64,000 bases of DNA from Eledone cirrhosa (lineage: Eukaryota): assembly GCA_964016885.1 (NCBI GenBank), contig OZ024743.1, positions 323,392,001 through 323,456,000 on the forward strand, given 5' to 3'. The notes beneath the pieces are model-generated. The model was given only the letters and a program-made list of their open reading frames with translations. It was not told where the DNA came from and did not search any database. Shown piece after piece: positions 43,324-57,900 of the stretch (positions are counted from its first letter, which is position 1; every line of letters begins with the position of its first letter). The position numbers were made by a program, and so were the translations under genes.

Positions 43324-43352
43324 CACACACATACACACATACATACATACAT

Positions 43353-43399
<47 letters not shown>

Positions 43400-43459
43400 C
43401 ATATACACACACACATACATATACACATATATATACACATATACACCATATATATACAC

Positions 43460-43526
<67 letters not shown>

Positions 43527-43813
43527 CATATATACATATATATATATATACATATATATACATATACATATATATATATATACCATATATACATATATAC
43601 ATATATATATATACATATATATATATACCATACATATATACATATATATATATATACATATATACATATATATACATACATATATACATATATATATATA
43701 TACATATATACATATATATATATACATATATATATATACATACATATATACATATATATATATATACATATATACATATATACATATATACATATATACA
43801 TATACATATATAC

Positions 43814-43844
<31 letters not shown>

Positions 43845-44107
43845 CATATATATATATACACATATATACATATACACATATATACATATATATACATATA
43901 TATATATACATATATATATATACATACATATATACATATATATATATATACATATATACATATATATACATACATATATACATATATATATATATACATA
44001 TATACATATATATATATACATATATATATATACATACATATATACATATATATATATATACATATATACATATATACATATATACATATATACATATACA
44101 TATATAC

Positions 44108-44138
<31 letters not shown>

Positions 44139-44257
44139 CATATATACATATATATACATATATATATATATACATATATACATATATACATATATATATA
44201 TATACATATATATACATATATATATATATACATATATACATATATATATATATTTAC

Positions 44258-44306
<49 letters not shown>

Positions 44307-44363
44307 CATATATATATACATATATATATATATACATATATATATATACATATTTATATATAC

Positions 44364-44394
<31 letters not shown>

Positions 44395-44412
44395 CATGAT
44401 ATATATATATAC

Positions 44413-44443
<31 letters not shown>

Positions 44444-44569
44444 CATATATATATATACACATATATACATATACACATATATACATATATATACATATAT
44501 ATATATACATATATATATATACACATATATATATACACATATATACATATATATACATATACATATATA

Positions 44570-45910
44570 TAATGGATTCCGTAATGGAAGGGATTGCCTG
44601 ACGCAACTACTGCATCACTTTGATGACATTTTGAGAGCCTTGGGAGAGGGTTCCAACACTGATGTTATCTACCTTGATTTCAGCAAGGCCTTTGACAGGG
44701 TTGATCATAACATTCTACTGAGAAAGCTGTCCAATATTGGTGTCACTGGAAAGCTGCTGCAGTGGATCAAGAGCTTCCTGTCAAACAGAACCCAACATGT
44801 TGTAGTTGAGGGAGTCAAATCAAGCCCAGCCAAAGTCAGTAGTGGAGTCCCACAAGGCACTGTGTTGGGCCCACTTCTCTTCATCATCTATATTAATGAC
44901 ATCACTGACATCATCAAACACAGCAACATTAAAATTTTCGCTGATGATTCCAAGCTCCAAAAGGTCATCAATGGCGTGGATGACCGGATAAGCCTTCAGT
45001 CAGACCTACTGGCTGTTACCCAATGGGCAGAAAAGAACAACATGTTACTGAACGAAGACAAATTCGAACTGATCCACTTTGGAAAAGAGGATGCTCTGAA
45101 ACTCCCGTACTCCCTTCCCTCCGGGGAAACTCTCGTGGCATCTAACAACATCAGAGACTTGGGAGTAACCGTGGACAGCAACATAAGCTGGACCACGCAT
45201 ATAAGCAGCAAAGTTGACATGGCCCGCAGAATGTGTTCCTGGATCCTCAGAACCTTCCAGTCGAGAGATTCCCGCACCATTATCCTTCTCTTCTCTACTT
45301 TCGCCCGACCACACCTTGAATACTGTTGTCCACTGTGGTCTCCCCACACGAAACAAAGTATCATGAAACTTGAAGCTCCTCAAAGGGCAATCACGAAAAA
45401 GATAGATGGCATGTCAGACCTTGACTACTGGGGTCGATTGGAAAACCTGAAACTTTACTCACTCCAACGTCGCCGGTGAGCGTTATATTATCTGCATGAT
45501 GTGGAAAATGTTCCATCATCACTGCCCAAATGATGTTGGCATCGCCTTCAAGATACACCCAAGGCTTGGGCCCCGTGCTATCCGTCCCATTCAAAAATCT
45601 AAATCGCAACTCATAACAACAATACGGCACAATTATTTCACCTCAATCGGCCTGCTCTCTTCAACATCACACCAGGACACGTCAAAACAGAAACTGACCA
45701 CACAAAATTCAAGAAGTCTTTGGACAAATTCCTCCAAGTAATCCCGGACAAACCACCCACACCCGGATATGTCTCCGCAAACAGTAATTCTCTTCTCGAA
45801 TGGGCCATGGTGCCCAAATCCTGAATTGAAAGACTTCGCCAGGTGGTGCTATTAAGTTAGACATGGCCTGGGCCAATACTGGCCAAAACATTTCAAAGTT
45901 ATTCAAAGTT
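44570..45910 (+). mobile_element. CR1/L2-group LINE fragment inserted in a TA microsatellite
   Basis: [32 protein letters not shown]; short ttcaaag repeat tail; microsatellite on both sides. Confidence 0.88.
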
Positions 45911-46014
45911 ATATATACATATATATACATATGTACACATATATATATATATATACATATATATACATATGTACACATATATATATATATATACATATAT
46001 ATACATATGTACAC

Positions 46015-46045
<31 letters not shown>

Positions 46046-46108
46046 CACATATATATACATATATATATATATACATATATATACATATATATATATACAT
46101 ATATATAC

Positions 46109-46171
<63 letters not shown>

Positions 46172-46213
46172 CATGATATATACATATATATATATATATA
46201 TACATATATATAC

Positions 46214-46454
<241 letters not shown>

Positions 46455-46547
46455 CATATATATACATATATATACATATACCTATATATACATATACATA
46501 TATATACATATACATACATATACATATATATACATATATATATATAC

Positions 46548-46578
<31 letters not shown>

Positions 46579-46868
46579 CATATACATATATATATACATA
46601 TACACATATATATATATATACATATATATATATACAATATATATATACACATATATATATATACATATATATATACATATATATATACATATATATATAT
46701 ACATATATATACATATATATATATACATATATATACATATACATATATATACATATATATACATATATATATATATACATATATATACATATATACATAT
46801 ATACATATATATATACATATATATATATATACATATATATACATATATATATATATACATATATATAC

Positions 46869-46899
<31 letters not shown>

Positions 46900-46938
46900 A
46901 CATATATATACATATATATACATATACATATATATACA

Positions 46939-47138
46939 NNNNNNNNNNNNNNNNNNNNNNNNNNNNNNNNNNNNNNNNNNNNNNNNNNNNNNNNNNNNNN
47001 NNNNNNNNNNNNNNNNNNNNNNNNNNNNNNNNNNNNNNNNNNNNNNNNNNNNNNNNNNNNNNNNNNNNNNNNNNNNNNNNNNNNNNNNNNNNNNNNNNNN
47101 NNNNNNNNNNNNNNNNNNNNNNNNNNNNNNNNNNNNNN
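46939..47138. other. Assembly gap of exactly 200 N
   Basis: Run of n; the round size suggests a scaffolding join of unknown true length. Confidence 0.98.
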
Positions 47139-50100
47139 AATCGCTATAGAATAGAATACGTCACGTATTACAATTAGATTCTCGATAAAAGCAAGGGAAG
47201 TAATGTAGTCCTGATGATTTCTAACGAGAATGAAACGCGTAGATTACTTCCCTTGCTTTTATCGAGAATCTAATTGTAATACGTGACGTATTCTATTCTA
47301 TAGCGATTAGGTCTTCAAAATGTTTATTATAAACATACAGAATATTTTCGAATATTCTATGTCTATATTCACATATATATCGCTATTTCAGAGCATTTAT
47401 TCCAATTTCTAATTTCTGCCGGACCGGCAACCGCTCTTTCAAACCAGTTCCTGTACACAGCTAAGTATTCTATAAGTCTCTAGCTGTGTCATTCTCGATA
47501 AAAGCACTGGATATGTAGTCCTGATGATTTCTAACGAGAATGAAACGCGTAGATTACTTCCCTTGCTTTTATCGAGAATCTAATTGTAATACGTGACGTA
47601 TTCTATTCTATAGCGATTAGGTCTTCAAAATGTTTATTATAAACATACAGAATATTTTCGAATATTCTATGTCTATATTCACATATATATCGCTATTTCA
47701 GAGCATTTATTCCAATTTCTAATTTCTGCCGGACCGGCAACCGCTCTTTCAAACCAGTTCCTGTACACAGCTAAGTATTCTATAAGTCTCTAGCTGTGTC
47801 ATTCTCGATAAAAGCACTGGATATGTAGTCCTGATGATTTCTAACGAGAATGAAACGCGTAGATTACTTCCCTTGCTTTTATCGAGAATCTAATTGTAAT
47901 ACGTGACGTATTCTATTCTATAGCGATTAGGTCTTCAAAATGTTTATTATAAACATACAGAATATTTTCGAATATTCTATGTCTATATTCACATATATAT
48001 CGCTATTTCAGAGCATTTATTCCAATTTCTAATTTCTGCCGGACCGGCAACCGCTCTTTCAAACCAGTTCCTGTACACAGCTAAGTATTCTATAAGTCTC
48101 TAGCTGTGTCATTCTCGATAAAAGCACTGGATATGTAGTCCTGATGATTTCTAACGAGAATGAAACGCGTAGATTACTTCCCTTGCTTTTATCGAGAATC
48201 TAATTGTAATACGTGACGTATTCTATTCTATAGCGATTAGGTCTTCAAAATGTTTATTATAAACATACAGAATATTTTCGAATATTCTATGTCTATATTC
48301 ACATATATATCGCTATTTCAGAGCATTTATTCCAATTTCTAATTTCTGCCGGACCGGCAACCGCTCTTTCAAACCAGTTCCTGTACACAGCTAAGTATTC
48401 TATAAGTCTCTAGCTGTGTCATTCTCGATAAAAGCACTGGATATGTAGTCCTGAAGATTTCTAACAAGAATGAAACGCGTAGATTACTTCCTTTGCTTTT
48501 ATCGAGAATCTAATTGTAATACGTGACGTATTCTATTCTATAGCGATTAGGTCTTCAAAATGTTTATTATAAACATACAGAATATTTTCGAATATTCTAT
48601 GTCTATATTCACATATATATCGCTATTTCAGAGCATTTATTCCAATTTCTAATTTCTGCCGGACCGGCAACCGCTCTTTCAAACCAGTTCCTGTACACAG
48701 CTAAGTATTCTATAAGTCTCTAGCTGTGTCATTCTCGATAAAAGCACTGGATATGTAGTCCTGAAGATTTCTAACAAGAATGAAACGCGTAGATTACTTC
48801 CTTTGCTTTTATCGAGAATCTAATTGTAATACGTGACGTATTCTATTCTATAGCGATTAGGTCTTCAAAATGTTTATTATAAACATACAGAATATTTTCG
48901 AATATTCTATGTCTATATTCACATATATATCGCTATTTCAGAGCATTTATTCCAATTTCTAATTTCTGCCGGACCGGCAACCGCTCTTTCAAACCAGTTC
49001 CTGTACACAGCTAAGTATTCTATAAGTCTCTAGCTGTGTCATTCTCGATAAAAGCACTGGATATGTAGTCCTGATGATTTCTAACGAGAATGAAACGCGT
49101 AGATTACTTCCCTTGCTTTTATCGAGAATCTAATTGTAATACGTGACGTATTCTATTCTATAGCGATTAGGTCTTCAAAATGTTTATTATAAACATACAG
49201 AATATTTTCGAATATTCTATGTCTATATTCACATATATATCGCTATTTCAGAGCATTTATTCCAATTTCTAATTTCTGCCGGACCGGCAACCGCTCTTTC
49301 AAACCAGTTCCTGTACACAGCTAAGTATTCTATAAGTCTCTAGCTGTGTCATTCTCGATAAAAGCACTGGATATGTAGTCCTGATGATTTCTAACGAGAA
49401 TGAAACGCGTAGATTACTTCCCTTGCTTTTATCGAGAATCTAATTGTAATACGTGACGTATTCTATTCTATAGCGATTAGGTCTTCAAAATGTTTATTAT
49501 AAACATACAGAATATTTTCGAATATTCTATGTCTATATTCACATATATATCGCTATTTCAGAGCATTTATTCCAATTTCTAATTTCTGCCGGACCGGCAA
49601 CCGCTCTTTCAAACCAGTTCCTGTACACAGCTAAGTATTCTATAAGTCTCTAGCTGTGTCATTCTCGATAAAAGCACTGGATATGTAGTCCTGATGATTT
49701 CTAACGAGAATGAAACGCGTAGATTACTTCCCTTGCTTTTATCGAGAATCTAATTGTAATACGTGACGTATTCTATTCTATAGCGATTAGGTCTTCAAAA
49801 TGTTTATTATAAACATACAGAATATTTTCGAATATTCTATGTCTATATTCACATATATATCGCTATTTCAGAGCATTTATTCCAATTTCTAATTTCTGCC
49901 GGACCGGCAACCGCTCTTTCAAACCAGTTCCTGTACACAGCTAAGTATTCTATAAGTCTCTAGCTGTGTCATTCTCGATAAAAGCACTGGATATGTAGTC
50001 CTGATGATTTCTAACGAGAATGAAACGCGTAGATTACTTCCCTTGCTTTTATCGAGAATCTAATTGTAATACGTGACGTATTCTATTCTATAGCGATTAG

Positions 50101-50780
50101 GTCTTCAAAATGTTTATTATAAACATACAGAATATTTTCGAATATTCTATGTCTATATTCACATATATATCGCTATTTCAGAGCATTTATTCCAATTTCT
50201 AATTTCTGCCGGACCGGCAACCGCTCTTTCAAACCAGTTCCTGTACACAGCTAAGTATTCTATAAGTCTCTAGCTGTGTCATTCTCGATAAAAGCACTGG
50301 ATATGTAGTCCTGATGATTTCTAACGAGAATGAAACGCGTAGATTACTTCCCTTGCTTTTATCGAGAATCTAATTGTAATACGTGACGTATTCTATTCTA
50401 TAGCGATTAGGTCTTCAAAATGTTTATTATAAACATACAGAATATTTTCGAATATTCTATGTCTATATTCACATATATATCGCTATTTCAGAGCATTTAT
50501 TCCAATTTCTAATTTCTGCCGGACCGGCAACCGCTCTTTCAAACCAGTTCCTGTACACAGCTAAGTATTCTATAAGTCTCTAGCTGTGTCATTCTCGATA
50601 AAAGCACTGGATATGTAGTCCTGATGATTTCTAACGAGAATGAAACGCGTAGATTACTTCCCTTGCTTTTATCGAGAATCTAATTGTAATACGTGACGTA
50701 TTCTATTCTATAGCGATTAGGTCTTCAAAATGTTTATTATAAACATACAGAATATTTTCGAATATTCTATGTCTATATTC
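47139..50780 (+). mobile_element. 310-bp tandem array carrying one hammerhead ribozyme per unit (retrozyme or Penelope pLTR-like)
   Basis: CTGA(T/A)GA cores at 47211, 47521, 47831, 48141, 48451, 48761, 49071, 49381, 49691, 50001, 50311 and 50621 (exact 310-bp period); units nearly identical; no ORF of 60 aa or more lies within the repeat units in the ORF track. Confidence 0.9.
47491..47579 (+). ncRNA. Type I hammerhead ribozyme, representative unit of the array
   Basis: Stem I GUAGUC/GAUUAC; core CUGAUGA; stem II UUCU-aacg-AGAA; GAAA; palindromic stem III ACGCGU; GUA cleavage triplet; distal stem I AUUCUCGAUAAAAGCA/UGCUUUUAUCGAGAAU (16 bp). Confidence 0.88.
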
Positions 50781-52690
<1,910 letters not shown>

Positions 52691-53866
52691 GGCCATGTTA
52701 GCCACCCCACTGCTTTGTGCAGCACTATCATGACTAGCATTAGTCCATTATACACGATTAGTGCGAATCTTATAAGCTGCACTTTTCATATTAGGCAGGA
52801 TTTTTCTTCTGGACGCCTTTCCTATCACCAACCACTTTACAGAAGATACTGGGTGCATTCTTCATGCCACCAGCACTAGAGAGGTTGTCTGACTCGACTC
52901 AAGGTTCCTCTCCACTCTATATCAGTTTATATTCTAAGTGTCTGTTCTTCTAGATGGGCTCTGTAAGCCAAAGTGAAGGCAGCCTAAGTCAGCCTCATGT
53001 AGTCTTATTTATTCAGAGTTACTGCTCTCCTAGATGGGTCGCCTTCATAGTGGCTTACTCAGCCTATGTCTACCCTGTGTCATCTTTTTTATTCAAAGTG
53101 TCTTCCCTGTTAGGCAAAGTGCATTTTAGTGAAACTAAAACAAAAATGAAATATAAAATACAACAAAGATTTTAGCTAGTTTTCATCACCAACGGATCGT
53201 CTTACTAGATGCTAAATATATATTTATATAGCATATTACAAGTATATAGGATATATATATATAAATACACACACACACAGTGGGCTTCTTTACAGCTTCA
53301 ATTTATCAAATTCATGAACAATAGCACGCAAAGACAAAACCACGTAAATGGTATAGCAGAAGTTGTAGACTAAAATTCTAACTAGGAGACCAAATGAATC
53401 CTTTTTTGCGTATGCTTGTGTATGTACGTATCTGTTTGCGTGTATGTATTTATTTGTTTCTATTACTTCCGTATTGTATTTATTTACTTTGTTCTTAACT
53501 CTGTAGCGGAGATTCATTTGGTCTCCTAGTTAGAATTTTAGTCTACAACTTCTGCTATACCATTTACGTGGTTTTGTCTTTGCGTGCTATTGTTCTCCAC
53601 GCTCCACATATGACTTATTATCTTCGTTTTTTCGTTCATTGCCAGAGAACGTCTCTCTGCACCACCTAAGAGAACATTAGTCTACGACCTCTTTTATACC
53701 ATAAACGTGGTTCTGTCTTTGCGCGTAATTGTTTTTCACCGCTCCTATTAATGACGTTTATTCGTTTTTTCCCGTTCTTTGCCAGCGAACGTTTCCACGA
53801 ACCAAAGTATCGTCTTCCTGTCTTCCTCCGGTTGCAATGTTTTTTGAAATATCCAGTTCTGCGTTT

Positions 53867-53942
53867 ACAGATTGACTTTGTTAGTTTCAGAAGATCCCAT
53901 TAAGGGTGAAAGCAGCGATTCTTTGCTTAAACTTTAATCTGT
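53867..53942 (+). ncRNA. Hammerhead-like motif with variant CAGAAGA core (second copy)
   Basis: AGUUU CAGAAGA u CCC auuaa GGG u GAAA GCA ... UGC UU AAACU; distal stem ACAGAUUGA/UUAAUCUGU. Confidence 0.65.
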
Positions 53943-54781
53943 TATTTTAATAAATATTTGCTCTACATTTCTTATATATTTTCCTTATCGAGCCCTCTTT
54001 GGATTTTAGTCTTCAATTTTATTATTATTACTATATATAGACATATATATATATATAGACATATATATATAGACACATATATATATCTTTAATCTGTTAT
54101 AGACATATATATATATATGTGTATGTATGTATATATATATATATATATTTAAACATTATGTGTGGGTCCATGTCTTTTTTATAGCAGGCTGTATCAGTAG
54201 TATTGATACGGGTGGGGAGCACACACACACATAAGTGAAGGCGTGTGGCTGAGTGGTTAGAGAATTGGATTCACAATCATGAGGTTGTGAGTTCAATTCC
54301 TGGACCAGGTGGTGCGTTATGTCCTTGAGCAAGACACTTTATTTCACACTGCTCCTTCTACCTGGAGTTGTGACCAATAGATAGTATTAACAATTGGAAA
54401 GACCAACAGACAATATTGTTTCCTCGGTCTGATTTGACGACAGTCGATATATACATATATATATATATATATTTGATTGAAGTCCCCAGTTCAATACTCA
54501 TTTTCTGGGAGTCAAATTTACATAATTCCAAGAATTTTATTATTTTCTTTATCTATTCAGTATAAAATGAAGTGAAAATTGAAAGGGGGAAAAGACAGAA
54601 TTGTAGAAACCTCCTTTACATCCACTTTCCACACTTTGTCATGATCTGAATTCTATGGCTGGATGCTGTTTCTAACACCAATCATGTTACATGGTGAAAT
54701 GGGTGTGTTTTATCATGGCACCAGTTATATTTTCCAATTCCACCCTGCCCGTCTGTTCAATCTTTCTAATTTCTCTTTCTT

Positions 54782-54817
54782 TCTTCTGATGAAGGACTAG
54801 CGTCCGAAAGGTTAAGA
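54782..54817 (+). ncRNA. Degenerate minimal hammerhead motif
   Basis: UCUU CUGAUGA a GGAC uagc GUCC GAAA gg UU AAGA; stems I and II pair, stem III defective. Confidence 0.5.
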
Positions 54818-54969
54818 CGCTCTTCCTCCTATTTCAAGCGTTAACCTAATATATTCTTTCTACATACTGTACCGATTGTGTTATTTCTGTTTATCTTTGA
54901 TATTATATATACACACACACACACACACATGTATCTAACTGTTTATGGTAGGGCCAATAACATTGAAGT

Positions 54970-57900
54970 CATCATCATCATCATCATCAACGTTTAACGT
55001 CCGTGTTCCACGCTTGCATGGGTTTGGACGGGGGTAGTCCCACTTGAGGCAAGAGTGATTGTCTTGCTCGCATAGGACTGTCTGGCAGGTTTTCTACAGT
55101 TGGATGCCCTTCCTAACACCAACCACATTTACAGTGTGGGTCTGGGAGGTTTTTACCGTGTTGCCTACACGGCCACATTACAGCGTGGACTGTGTGTTTT
55201 TTTGTCGTGACACCTACACGATCTCATTTGTTTCGGCCTCGATGGCGCGGCACCAACATAACTTTACATAGAACGGGGTGGTGTGGATCGGGTGGGGGTG
55301 GTGGTGGTGGGACGGGGTGTATTTTGTTAGAGATGCCTACTGGCTGGAGTAGGTTTTACTATATATTTAGGTAAGGCGGGTCTTCTCTGTTACTGAGTAC
55401 CGCCAAAGGTCTCGGTCCAGTGACATTGTCTTGGAGAGGTGTAAGTGTGTGATGTCGGAGTTTATCAGCTCGTCCCAGGTTTTTCTAGGTCTGCCTATTC
55501 CGTGACTACCGTCTATCTTTATTGCCCTGCACTTTGTTATACAGCTATCGACTTTCATGCGCATCACGTGTCCATACCAACGTAGCCTTCTCTCGAGTAA
55601 ACAACATCTGATCCCTCTTATCTCTAATTTTTTCCTTAGTTCGTTTATGCTTTGCCGTTCACGTATATTACTGTTACACATCCAGCGGAGCATGCAAGCT
55701 TCGTTCCTCTCTAGTCTGCGTATATCCTCTGCACACAATGCCCAGGTCTCACTGCCATGCAGCATTGCTGTTCGTATGCAGGCATCGTACAACCTGCTTT
55801 TCATTTTTAGTGAGAACCCTTTAGCAGCTAATAGTGGTATAAGCTCTCTGAACTTTTTCCAACCAGTTCTGACTCTAGCTACAGTACTTTCAGAGCACCC
55901 TCCCCCACTGCTGATTTTATCGCCCAGGTCACGGAAGCTGTCCACTATTTCTATAGAACCCTCTGCGCAATTGAAAGAGCTAGTAGTTTGTGGGCACTTG
56001 CTGCTACTTATTGCACCAGAGCACCGGCCACATGTAAAATCTATGTTCTTAGTTAGCTTACCTGTGATCCCACTACATCTTTTATGCACCCATACTTTGC
56101 ATTTAGGACATAAAATGGAGTTTCTACCTACGCCTTTCCTACACACCGAGCACGACCATTTCCCAGAAGGGACCGCCGCCTTGTTTTCTTTCCTACAAAC
56201 TAGTACTTTGGTCTTAGCCAGGTTAATTTTAAGTCCTTTTGACTCTAGGCCGTGCTTCCATGTTTGGAATTTCTTCTCTAGCTCGGCCATTGATTCCGCT
56301 ATGAGTGTCAGGTCGTCTGCGTATAGGAGTTCCCATGGGCAGCCTGTCTTGAACTCCTCTGTTATAGCCTGAAGGGCAATAATAAATAGTAGTGGACTGA
56401 GAACAGAGCCCTGATGGACGCCAACTTTTACGCTAAACTCTTCACTATATTCGTTGTTAATTCTAACCTTGCTGACTGTTTCTTTATACATGGCTTGTAT
56501 AGCCCTCACAAGCCATTCGTCAACGCCTAGTTTTCTAAGAGCCCACCAGATAATGGAGCGGGGGACTCTGTCGAAGGCTTTCTCCAAGTCGACAAAAGCT
56601 AAGTAGAGGGGTTTACCTTTAGCTAGGTACTTCTCCTGTAGTTGCCGTACTATGAAAAGAGCGTCTGTGGTACTTTTGCCTGACACAAACCCGAACTGCA
56701 TTTCATCTAGGTCAATTCTCTCTCTGATTAGTTGCGCTATTACTTTTTCCGTGACCTTCATGACCTGGTCGATTAATTTAATGCCTCTATAGTTACTCCT
56801 ATCTAGGGCGTCTCCTTTACCCTTATAACAGTTAACGATGATGCTGCTATGCCAGTCCTTCGGAACAACCCCATTCTGTACGACTTGGTTAACTATGCGG
56901 GTGACCATGGTGTGTCCCACCGTGCCAGATGCCTTCAGCATCTCAGCAACTATTTCCGAAGGCCCAGCCGCCTTACCAGTCTTCATATCCTTGATTGCCT
57001 TACTTATTATACTCCCCTCGACTAACACTGCTGGTCCCTCTATTGGGTCGATATGGGGGAGACTGCCTTTCTCCCAATTATTCTCCTCATTTAGTAGCCT
57101 TTCATAGTGACACTTCCAAGCTACCTTCTTATCAGCGTCGGTGATGGCAAGTGTGCCATCGTCGTTTAGTACACACTTCTCCCCGACAATATCACGGTTT
57201 TCCTTGACGCATTGCCTAGCAATCCTGAACACCTCACGTTTTTGGTCATCGCGTTGTAGAACATGCTTGAACTTTCTTTCCTCAGCTTCCCTTCTTGCTA
57301 AGTACACTTGTCTCTTAGCTTCCCTCCTGGCCACTTGATAGTCCTCTCTACTTCCCCCATCCCGCCATACTTTCCAAGCCTGCTTTTTGGCCTTAATTGA
57401 CCCCTCCACCTTACTGTTCCACCACCATGTTACTCTCCTCCTGCCTACAGGCCTGCTCCAGCCACAGACCTCGTCTGTCGCCAACAGCAGGTTTGCTTTC
57501 AGAAATTCCCACTCTCCCTCTATATTGTCCGACTCTAAATGTTCTTCCTTACTGTCGAAAGCATCAAGTAATACGCTTTGAAATTTATTCCTGGCTGTGG
57601 GGTCCTTTAGCTTCCATATTTTCCTCCTGAGGATAGTCCTCTTCTGTTGTCGAGTACGTCTCGTCCTGACTATGAGGTCGCTAATTATCAGTCTATGTTG
57701 GGAGGTGCATTCTTCATGGGGGAGGGATTTAGTGTTAACAACAGACACTCTGTCACGTCTTCTGGTAAGGATATAATCTACCTGGCTTGTGTGTTCCCCG
57801 GATCTATAGGTGATCAGGTGATTGTCACGTTTTTTGAAGTTAGTGTTACAGATAGTTAGGTTATTTGCATCACAGAATTCCAGGATTCTGGCGCCTTCCT

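Noticed and set aside
47139-50780. CRISPR-like or rDNA/5S interpretation of the 310-bp array
   Set aside because: Units are identical along their whole length (no unique spacers), the context is eukaryotic, and I see no rRNA, tRNA or snRNA similarity.
54237-54310. tRNA-like A and B boxes
   Set aside because: No full cloverleaf; continues into a SINE body, so treated as a SINE head.
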